Assembly (NCBI GenBank): GCA_018398765.1
Contig: JAHBMJ010000237.1
Span: 1-53,717 of the forward strand
From: Chromera velia
Taxonomy: Eukaryota
DNA: 53,717 nucleotides
Direction of reading: 5' to 3'
The notes beneath the pieces were generated by a model. It was not told the DNA's origin. It worked only from the letters and a program-made list of their open reading frames with translations, and ran no database searches. The position numbers were made by a program, and so were the translations under genes. Shown here piece by piece: positions 12,490 through 22,795 of this stretch (its first letter is position 1; each line of letters begins with the position of its first letter).

Positions 12490-13460
12490 AAGGATGCGGC
12501 TGGGAGATATAGTGATGAGGGAGTTGGTAGAACAGGCCCATCATCAGATAGAACACATCGGAGGAGCGGCACTGCGTCACATGCTGTCTCATCATTTTGT
12601 AAATCCAAAATTGCCTTCTCTTTGCAGAGAGGTGATAGAGCAGTGCGAGGAGTGTGCACAGGTCAAGGGTGCATTTCATAGGTAGAGAGGATAGACAGGG
12701 AAGTTGAGAATAGGGCGCCCACTTGAGAGAGTGGCAGTTGACATCCATTACATCAATAGTAAGCCCTACGTAACGATGATAGATGAGTGCAGTCGGTGGC
12801 TTGTGGTGGTTCCAATGAAGGGAGAGGATGCAGAGAGAGTATGGGCGGCAGTGAAAGACAATTGGTTGAGGATGTTTGGCTTGCTGCTGGGGCTGCGGTC
12901 GTATTTTAAAACTGATCACGGCTCGCATTTCAAAAGGGTCTTCGACCTGAATTGTTCGAAGATCAGAATCATGTACGTCGTCGAGTGGACCGCAGTTGGT
13001 CATCCTCAGTCCAACGGAATCCTGGAGAACCGTCATGAGGTGTTGGACACACAGATCACTCTCTTGCAACTTGAGAGAGAGATAGAGATGGATCAGATAG
13101 ATGATATCCTTCCTTTGGCAGTTGCGTTAGTCAACCGACTTCCATCTGCCCGAGCACCGTATCAGTCCCCGTATAAGAAAATGATGGGCGTGAGTTTCTT
13201 GCCTGCTTATGTGGAGGAAACGATGAAAGCTAGGAAAACTCTGGCCTAGAATGAAAGAATCCAATCTGAAGACAGCAGAAGTATTCCATGAGGGCGACCT
13301 TGTTTTATTCAGGCACCTACTCCAGAAATTTGAGAACGTCAAAGAAAAATGGAAGCCATACACCATCGTCTCTTGTCTGTCACCTCCCAGATATCAGTTG
13401 AAGCCGAGAAGAGCGTGTGACAGAAGTTGTGAGAGATACGAAATCGACGCCTACATCTCA
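12490..13460 (+). pseudogene. Integrase: H2C2 zinc-binding domain, DDE core and GPY/F-like module
   Basis: AHHQIEHIG...CEEC; PLERVAVD; TDHGSHF; HPQSNGILENRH; then FHEGDLVLFR...KWKPYTIV. Confidence 0.9.
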
Positions 13461-14109
13461 ACCATGAGAGTCATGCCAGAGAACATGAAAGAGAGGTTGG
13501 AGTTACCTGATTCCACTCAGGCCAAAAAGAAGGAGGAAGGAAAAGAGCGTGGGAGACGAAAGGAAAAAGTTGAGTTGCAGGACAAAAGGTTCGTTGTGTG
13601 GAAGAGTGATGAGAAGAAGCAACTCTTCCTTAGAGAGGTCCTGCAAGAAAAGAGAACAAAGTTGCTGGTGCATTACTATAGTTCCTATAGGAAAGGCCTG
13701 GGTCGTTGGCAGATCGAATTTACAGACCGGCAGTGAAAAGCAAACGGGAACAGGCAGTGATGTTCACATCAAAGAAGAAGAAAGGTTTTAAGCCAGATGT
13801 ATACAAGATAGAAAAGGATGAGATTGCGATTGAAAGAGCACAGCTTCAAAAGAATGGAAGGCTGGCCCAAGGGACAGTTGAAGAGATTTTGAAGGATTTT
13901 GTTGAAGAGAAGGAGTTTGCACTGAGCATGACCATCGAAGAGCCGGCTTTCAATGGAAACGCAAGTTTTCTTGTCAGCGGTCTGCTCAGTCATTTGAGCA
14001 TCTCAACAGCCTCAACAGACGACCATCAAGCAGTTGAGAGTGCTTTTCTCACCGCAACCACCCATCAGAAAGTGAAGTACAGTGAGTTAACCCAAATGCA
14101 GAAAGCAAA

Positions 14110-15722
14110 ATGCGATGAAGCTCGGAGAAACAAATTTGCCAAACTGATGAAGTATCAGACTTACGAGCCCGTTCGCAGAGACCAAGTCGCAGAAAGAGTC
14201 AGAATCATACACATATTGGTAGTTGACACCCTAAAATTGAAACCGGGAGGAGAGAGAAAGTTCAAAGCATGAGCCGTTGCTCAAGGTGATTAAGATACCC
14301 GACAGGACATCGACATGGCCATATGTGGTTGTCCATCCGATTTTATTAGATTTGTGTTGCTTGCAGCACTAGGATCACTACATTTCAACGAAGACTTGAT
14401 TACCTCAGTAGACTGCCAGAATGTGTATCTACAGGCCAAGCTGAGATTCCCAAAGCCCGTGTTTATCCGCCCGCCGAAATGTTACCCAGACTACAAGACA
14501 GGGGTCCTATGGAAATTGAAGAAAGCTCTGTACGGACTGAAAGACGCGGGTAGGTTGTTTAAGGATCATTTGTGGGATCTGTTGCAGAAACTTGAATGGG
14601 AGGCGAGTCTATCGATGGGGGTGTTTTAGAAAAAGAAGGCAGGACGAGTGGTAGGATTGCTTAGTCAGTATATCGACGATTTAATCGTTGTCTTTCTAGA
14701 CGGAAGCGTGTCAGAAATGGTGACGGAAACTACAGATCTGTGGTAGAGTGTAAAAAACCTGAGAGGCTCGGGAGGTATGTTGGGAGTGATTACAAAATTC
14801 TTCTGAATGGACGTATCTGGTGCTCATAGAAGCAATACGTTGAGAGCATTCCAGGAGAGCAGAGCAAGACACCCACATAGCCATTGCCCTCAAGAGTGAA
14901 CAGAGAAGGAGACAAATCCGAAACGCTGGATGCAGAAGGACATAAGAGGTACAGATAGTTGTTGGGGGAGTTGTCGTATGCAGCACATTGCACACGACTG
15001 GACCTAGAGTATGCTTCTGCTTAGCTCAGCCAATTCAACCAGAGCCTGACGGTCCGAGCATAGAGATTGCTGAATCGTGCAATCAAGTACGGTAAAGCAA
15101 CATCAATATTGAAACAGGGGAATCTTTTTGGATCCGCCGAAGCACCATAAACCGATGGAGGTACTTCTGTATTGTGATACTGTAGGGGGAAGCGATGAGT
15201 GTCCTCATCCGCAAACAGGCTGGGTTCTCTTGATCAATGGGAGACCAATAGCTTGGAAGAGCAGAAAGCAGAAGAGATTTGCGAGAAGCAGCAATAAGAG
15301 AGACTCTGAGTTGATGGCGTTGGAGGACACGCTGGATTACGGATTAGTGGTGATGAGATTCATCAAGGAGATTTGGAGGGACGCAAGGACAAAATGCATC
15401 ATTTGAACAGACTCTGACAGTGTCTGCAAGATGCTCAAAGCAACGAATCTAAAGCCACAAGAGAGAGTATTAGTGCAGAAAATTAGAGAGATTGGGGGGA
15501 ACTTTCAAGGTTTCTATCATTCCTGCTCTTGCTATGTTTGACAGTTTGAAGGAAGAAAAGATTGCAGTGCAATACATGAATGGAGTACAGAACTACGCAA
15601 ATACATTGACAAAGCCAATGTCTGTTGACTTGCTTGCATCGTTGTTGGAAAAGAAAAAGGCCGGACAAATCATCTACATACCCACAGGAGTAGAAACAGA
15701 GATGAGAAAGAAAAAGAAATGA
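14110..15722 (+). pseudogene. pol: Copia-type reverse transcriptase and RNase H (many stops)
   Basis: KFKA*AVAQG, VDCQNVYLQA, LKKALYGLKDAG, YIDDL, GELSYAAHCTRLDL, WKSRKQKRFARSS...ELMA, NYANTLTKP. Confidence 0.92.
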
Positions 15723-16160
15723 ATGATGATGATTCAGATGATGAATTCCCATAGCCTCCACAAGCACAGGCACCTGGGAGGAGGGACACGGCGATGGCTG
15801 GTGAAGGACATCAAACAGACAGAGCGACAAGAACAAGAGAAGAGGGAGGAGGATTGAGGATGAGAGAGAGACAAAACTACAAAGCAATACACCGTGGTAC
15901 GACAACGTTCAACACAGGAGTTGCAAGCACTCCAATTCAATTCGTGATGTGAGAATGCCAAGCAAGGAGGGAGATGAGATTGAAAGGAGAAAGTGAATTC
16001 CTGTGGGTGAATTCAGCAGCTCAGCATTCAGCTTTGAAAAACTGTCACAGCTGTGTCTGCACATCCGAATTCTCAAGCCCAAAGGAAGTAGCTTTCGAAT
16101 GGATATCTCGGATTCCAAATTATACAGATTATCACTCCATAAAAAAGAAAAAGATGCGCC

Positions 16161-16472
16161 TGATGAAGCCTTAGTGAAAGGCAAATCGGCGTAGAGAGGC
16201 ACTAAGCCAGACCAATGCGAGACTGACAAAACACAAAGGCACCAACGCGCAGTGGCACCGTGTACCGCACAGTACGAGCGAGGAAGTGAGCGAATTAAAT
16301 GCATGGAAAGCGATACACATCTGATTGAATTAAGCCATACGAAAAGCATGTAAAGAAATAAAACTACAGTTGATTGAAGTAGATCATTGATGGAAAGGCA
16401 TGAACATATTTGGACTCTAATGGAACAGTTTTACCCACGTAGAAAAAACCTATAAGCCCTAAAGTCTCGTCA
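16161..16472 (+). repeat. 3' LTR of the 15.3-kb element
   Basis: Direct repeat of 1165-1476. Preceded by purine-rich AAAAAAGAAAAAGA and followed by the TSD CTTGG. Confidence 0.93.
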
Positions 16473-16684
16473 CTTGGTTCGAAAGTCATTATAAGTAGAA
16501 ACTGTAGAACAAACGTAGTAGTACTAGTAAGGCAGAGACTAAGATTGAATGTATAGGTATACTCAGCTATGCACGTACCGTTAGTATACTGTATATTTAT
16601 TGTGTGGGTATATGCGGGCTGTAGCGGGTTGTAGTATGTCGGGATGTGGTATGAACCTAGGTATGAACATTCGAACCTACTAAG

Positions 16685-18866
16685 TATTACGTCCAGGATG
16701 TCACTACGAAGCTTCTTCCCGGCATTGACTCGCCTAGCTCCTATCAATCTACCTCGATTCAGTTTTATAGGACATTGATGCACTGTCTGTTCAATCCGAT
16801 TCCCTAGAAAAGATTTCACCGTTTCTCATAAGCATGCCTTCAATTGATACTCCATTCTCAGACTGCATGCATTGATTTGTGCCGTCATGCAACTGCCGCA
16901 CCGACATGCACCGTCATGCTTATCGTACTCCGCCGCTGGCCGCCACGCTATGTCGTTTGCGCCTTTCAAACCGCATGTGCACTAACAGTCACCCTTCGAG
17001 TTCAATCAACGATAATCATAGAATGATCAAATGAGCATATAGTACTCAAACAGAAGAAACATATGGAATGAACGAGAGGTTGTACTCAGACAAAGGCAAA
17101 AGGCAGAAGCCGATCTGCATCGCAATGTGTACACTCTCTAACTTACAGAACGATCCGAGTTTAAGATTCGGAAAAAATTGATTCACACTCATACACACAC
17201 ACCAGTCCATGAGCACGGAATGAATTCTTCAATATGTACCCCCAATCTCTGCACTATCATGGCAATACCCCCTATTTCTGAATCTCTCTTCCTCCTTCAG
17301 AAATCGCTCAGAAATACAACTCGTCTAGATCATATGAGTCGTCAGAGTCGCTTGCGCTACTCTTTTCAAATTCAGAGTCGTCAGAACACACAGTCACGTG
17401 CCTTGCCTCAATTTTCTTTCCCTTCGTCTCCTTCTCTTTCTCTTTCATACCGGCAGAGAGTTTTTTTTTGTTACTCTCTATCTTCTTTCTGATCTCTTCC
17501 TTTGAAAATGTACACTCAAAACGCATATGACCAAAGTAGCCACACTTGTAACACAGAGGTGCGTCTGTCTCACTTTCATCTCCCTTATCCTTCTCAACCT
17601 GCACCTGTTGTTTCATTTTCTTCTTGACGACAGCGGCTGCGCCGAACTCATGACCGGCGTTCTCAGCTTTCACGCTTTCTTTCTTCTTCTCTTGAGCTGC
17701 CGCTCTTGCTGCACCCATGGCCTGAATCTCAGTGCGGATGTTGTCAAGGGATGGAAGCGTGCCATTCTTATTGAGAAGGTCAGCCACCATCCTCCAAATC
17801 TTTTCCTGGTTATCCGTGTCCAGCCTCCCAGCATACACCATAAGTTGAATGAAGCCATCGACCTTGTATCCATTCTTAGATGTCTTGCTCAGCTTCTCAT
17901 CAACTGCGGTCAATCTCTCAATCCGTTCTGTCTCTCCTTGCACGATGTACTTCAGAAACAAAACAAGAGCAGACAGAAGCTCGGTGATCTTCCCTTTTCT
18001 GTAGAAATTCTCCAAAGCCGCAAAGACAGAATGGTGTGTCCTAGGGTGTGTCACCTCCGGCTTCTCTGTCTCTGCATCGACGATATTGAAGAACTGTTCG
18101 TCTTCCTCGCCAGCCTCAATCAGCAGACGGAACATGAAGTTGTTAAACTTTTTCTTCTCTTGCCTGGATGCAGCGTCAGAGTCATAGTCGTGCATGTCCT
18201 TTGCCTCTTCTCTGACCAACTTGAACGTCTTCCTCCAATGAGGGTATCATCTCTTCCTGGAGAATTGTGGGACCCTCAACTCTCTCTTGGAGAGCATCTG
18301 TTGCTTGCTCCCACCAGAAGATCGGCCTCCAGAGAAAATGCCACCTCTACTATCGGAAGCGGAAGCAGATCCTTGAAGACCCGGTCCATTCATTCCAAGA
18401 AACGGGTTCCTGACTCTTCTATCATCTGCATGGTCTTCAACTTCCTTGTTCTTCTGCTCATAGGGAGTCAAATCTTCAAGAGCAGACATCTCTACTTCTC
18501 AGACAGCACTTTTTCAATTCAAGAAACAATACGACTGTTTGTGCCCGAATGGTGAGCAGCAATTGTTACGTCCAAGATGTCACTACGAAGCTTCTTCCCG
18601 GCATTGACTCGCCTAGCTGCTATCAATCTACCCCGATTCAGCTTTGTAGGACATTGATGCATTGTTTGTTCAATCCGATTCCCTAGAAAAGATCTCACCG
18701 TTTTTCACAAGCATGCCTTCAATTGATACTCCATTCTCAGACTGCATGCATTGATTTATGCCGTTATGCCACTGCCACACCGACACGCACCGTCGTGCTC
18801 ATCGCGCTCCGCCGCTGGCCGCCGCGCTATGTCGTTTGCGCCTTTTAAACCGCATGTGCACGAACA
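16685..18866 (-). mobile_element. Gag-only non-autonomous LTR retrotransposon (TR-GAG-like)
   Basis: 303-bp LTRs at 16685-16987 (T[A]TTAC...AACA) and 18564-18866 (TGTTAC...AACA). 5-bp TSD CTAAG at 16680-16684 and 18867-18871. Only gag inside. Confidence 0.92.
17308..18489 (-). pseudogene. gag: Gag with CCHC zinc knuckle; one in-frame TGA at 18247-18249
   Basis: ORFs 18247-18489 and 17308-18219 share a frame. PQFSxKR*YPHW gag-like start and CYKCGYFGHMRFEC knuckle. Confidence 0.85.
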
Positions 18867-20603
18867 CTAAGAAATGTATCGATATACTGCATAGACGAAG
18901 GGATATTAATAAAAGATGTCCGTACCACCCCCGCCCACCTAGTTTTTTGTAATCTATTGTGATCCTAACACTCATAAGATCTAACTCTCTTCTTCGCGCA
19001 CCTGGCCAGACTATGTATAGGGGAAGGGATAATCTTGTAGAAGAGATGCCCAAACTACCCCGCCTTTAACACCTAATTAACACCTAACCTGGCAGTGCCA
19101 CTTGAATCAAGGCATAACGCTCGCCATTGTGCGCATTTGCGCGCCAAGTTTTGCGCATGCATCGATCGATTCGCATAAATTAACGTACGTATGAATACAT
19201 AACATGCTGGCCCTCTGTGTTAAGCCTGTTTTATATAAAATTGTACAGCAGAAGGGTGTGAAAACAGAGATTGGGAATCATATACATTCTTGTAAGAAGA
19301 GAGTGTATGAGAGCAGTAACCAGATCTCCTCCACCAAAGCTTGTATGTGTGGGTGAGTCCCTTAGGGCCTTTTCAGTCTTTCTTCCGCGCTTCAAGTTGG
19401 TGTTGCTCGTGTTTCACCTTCTCTTTCTTCGATCAGATTTGTCGGTTCAAGGCTCTCTCCTTTTTCCTCTATTGAGCGTGCTGGGAAGATGAAGAACTGC
19501 TAGTATAGCATTCTAGTGGGTGCTTCGTGCTTCTTGTCAACATCACTAGAGATGGTTCGATGGAAGTCGGACTTCTTATTCCATTGCAACACACAGTTAT
19601 ATTGTTTGATACTATAATATGCATATTTTGTTGCAGGCAGGGGAGCTTTCCGGTAGATGTGTTGAGCTTTTTGGTAGATGTGGAACAGTTCTGGCCAGCA
19701 GGTTAAACTTTGTCTGCGTTAGTATGTGGATCGATCATTCATCTGGATCAATCTTTGGATACAGCTTTCTTCTTTGAACACACACACACACGTGAATTCG
19801 AACTTGCAGTTGAACCCTTGCAAAAGGTTCTGTGTGCATGCTTTTCTTACTCTTCACTTTCTTTCTGCGCTATTGTTTCTGCAAAACTGACTCGAGGTCT
19901 GTCTATGTTAGATTTCGAGGGAAGCAACGTGCTTTTGAGGGGTGGTACGACCCAAAGGACCTTATGTTGCTTGAAGAAAGAGCAGAAGAGCAGGAACTAG
20001 CAGGTAAATAAGCGACAGCTTTGGGTAATTCAAATCTTTTGAAATGAGCAGTTACATTTCTCAATGATTTTTTTTTCTGTTTTATTGGTGTATCCTTCTC
20101 TGCCTCCGGTCAGTGAATTGGTCATCTGTCCGTTAGAGGTTTAAATTGAAACATACATATATCCCTAAGGGGGCCAACAAATGTGTCCAGCTTTTTAATC
20201 TTGTTGCAGGTCTATCGGCCTTCTGACCTCCTGGTTGCAGCCTTTGAGACCTTCAAAGAGAAAGAATACACAGGGAAAGAACGCTGGTGAGCTGAAGCAA
20301 TTCTATAGTGAACTAAATATTTTTTTCAGAGCCCCCCCCAAAGTGGCTTTACGGTTCGTAGGTGTCAGGATTTTGCCTGATTGGTTATCTATCTGAGAAT
20401 GCATGCGTCTTTCTGTCCCATTTATTGCTGCCCGCTTGCTGAGCTGAATGAGATTTAGTATTGGTCTGTTGGTCTTAGTTTGTCGTTGAGTCAAAAACTC
20501 TGGCTGTTCTTTCAGTTTTTTTAGGTTTCAGATGTTGTTCATCTGTATCTTTGCCCCTTCTCCGTTTATCTTTCTCCATTCAACCTTGTTCAATCGTTCA
20601 GTT

Positions 20604-21455
20604 ATAGGGGGGTGAAATGCTTTTAGTATGGGGGGGGGGGGGNNNNNNNNNNNNNNNNNNNNNNNNNNNNNNNNNNNNNNNNNNNNNNNNNNNNNNNNNN
20701 NNNNNNNNNNNNNNNNNNNNNNNNNNNNNNNNNNNNNNNNNNNNNNNNNNNNNNNNNNNNNNNNNNNNNNNNNNNNNNNNNNNNNNNNNNNNNNNNNNNN
20801 NNNNNNNNNNNNNNNNNNNNNNNNNNNNNNNNNNNNNNNNNNNNNNNNNNNNNNNNNNNNNNNNNNNNNNNNNNNNNNNNNNNNNNNNNNNNNNNNNNNN
20901 NNNNNNNNNNNNNNNNNNNNNNNNNNNNNNNNNNNNNNNNNNNNNNNNNNNNNNNNNNNNNNNNNNNNNNNNNNNNNNNNNNNNNNNNNNNNNNNNNNNN
21001 NNNCGTAACGCACGGCTTCGCCGCGCGGCAGCACGGCCCCCTCCCGTGCCACGAAAAAAGGCTGCTGCACGGCACGGCCCTATCGGGCCATACAGCACGG
21101 CAGCAAGATTTTTTCTAGTATGCGTTAGGCTTTTAACTTCTGGCTGGTAGAAGAGGCACTCAATAACACTCAACTGCCCTGCTCTCCTCTTTATTCCTCT
21201 CTCAGTATTTTTTTTAGCATCCACATATTGATTTGACCTAGACGTTAACCCGTTGGCAAGAAAAAAGGGGGGGGGCAATGCAAGGAGACGACGTTGAGAC
21301 CGAGTTATATTATCTAGTATGTTATTTCATGGTCTACCGCGCGGCACGGCCCCCCCCCTGTGCTATGAGCCCAGACCGCACGGGGGGGGGTCCCGTGTAG
21401 CTGGCAAGCCAGCCGCGTGGACCAGGACCCCCCGCCCCCGATATCACCCCCCTAT
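20604..21455. mobile_element. hAT-like non-autonomous element spanning an assembly gap
   Basis: TIRs ATAGGGGGGTGA(A/T)AT. 8-bp TSD GTTCAGTT (20596-20603, 21456-21463). GCACGG subterminal repeats. Confidence 0.85.
20643..21003. other. Assembly gap (N run)
   Basis: Run of N. Confidence 1.
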
Positions 21456-21709
21456 GTTCAGTTTTAGAAATTTGGTGTATTCCGTGGCATTCTTTTGAGC
21501 AAATAAAATACATAGATAAGCTGTACCTAGGCAACAGCAAGACTCTCACTGAAAACAAAGTGAGGTGAGCGCTTTAATTGTTTTTAGTGCAGAATGCAGT
21601 CTATTACCAATTCAGCACACATCAGGGCCATGATCAAAGAGCTTTCATCAACGTATTCATGGGTACTGGTGAGTGTGGATAGCAGCAGACTGGTTCATGA
21701 TGGGTTGAC

Positions 21710-22262
21710 AAACTGACTGACTGACCGACTGACCGACCGACTCACTGACTCACTGACTTATTGACTCACTGATTGACTGGGTCACTGACTCACTGACTGA
21801 CTGGCTCACTGACTCACTGACTCACTGACTGACTGACTGACTCACTGACTCACTGGCTGACTCACTGACTGACTGACTGACTGACTGATCAACCGACTGA
21901 CTAACCGACTGACCAACCGACCGACTGACTGACTGACTGACTGACCAACTGTTAGTGACCGACCGACCGGCGGACTGACCGACCGACCAACCGACTGACC
22001 AACCGACCGACTGACCAACCGACCGACTGAGTGACTGACTCACTGACTGACTGACTGACTGACTCACTGACTGACTGACTGACTGACTGAGTAAATATTA
22101 AGTGAGTGAGTGAGTGAGTGAGTGAATGAGTTGGGGGGAGAAGGAGAGAGAGAGGGACAGGGAAAAGGAGAGGGAGAAGGAAAGGAGAAGGGAAAAGGAA
22201 AGTGAGTGAATGTGTGTGTGTGTATATGTGTATGTGTATGTGTGTGTGTATGTATGTGTGTT

Positions 22263-22293
<31 letters not shown>

Positions 22294-22795
22294 TAAGTGC
22301 AGTGGGTCTGTGAAAAGAGCGAGTAAGTGAGTAGGTGAGTTCTGAGATAGTGAGTTGGAGTTTTAAAAAATGAGTGAGTGAGTGAGTGAGTGAGTAAATG
22401 AGTCAGTGAGTGAGTGAGTAAGTGAGTGAATAAGTGAGCGAGTGAGTGAGTGAGTGAGTGATAGTGAGTGAGAGAGTGATAGTGAACGAGAGAGTAATTG
22501 AGAGAGTGACTGAGTGAGAGAGCAAGTCAGTGAGTGAAAGCTAGAGTAAGTGAGCGAAAGAAAGAGTGAGTGAGTGAGTGAGTGAGAGAAAAAGTGAATG
22601 GAATATTTAGTGAGTGACTGAGTATGTTAATGAGTTATTGAGAGAGTGAGTGAGTGAGCGAGTGAGTGAGTGAGGTAGGAAATGAATGGGTCAGTGCGCG
22701 AGAAAGTGAGAAGGCAAGTAAGTGAGTAGATGAGCGGCCGGTTAGATAGGTGAGAGAAAGAGTGAGTGAGTGAGTGAGTGAGTGAGTGAGTGGAA
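21710..22795. repeat. (GACT/GACC)n followed by (GAGT)n tetranucleotide arrays
   Basis: Directly visible tandem tetramers, with GA and GT runs between them. Confidence 0.9.

Larger units (their letters stand above)
1165..16472 (+). mobile_element. Full-length, decayed LTR retrotransposon (Copia domain order) with nested insertions
   Basis: 312-bp direct repeats TGATGAAGCC...TCA at 1165-1476 and 16161-16472. Identical 5-bp TSD CTTGG at 1160-1164 and 16473-16477. Internal gag-PR-INT-RT-RH remnants on +. Confidence 0.93.

Noticed and set aside
18247..18249. In-frame TGA in gag as recoding or a variant genetic code
   Set aside because: The neighbouring host gene ends with TGA and the elements carry many decay mutations, so a nonsense mutation is simpler.
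17527..18555. 342-aa plus-strand ORF
   Set aside because: Antisense shadow of the minus-strand gag; no recognisable motifs.
19250..20590. Possible gene fragments
   Set aside because: No consistent frame, splice model or motif could be supported.
20528..21278. ORFs spanning N runs (also 52550-53584)
   Set aside because: Artefacts of assembly gaps.
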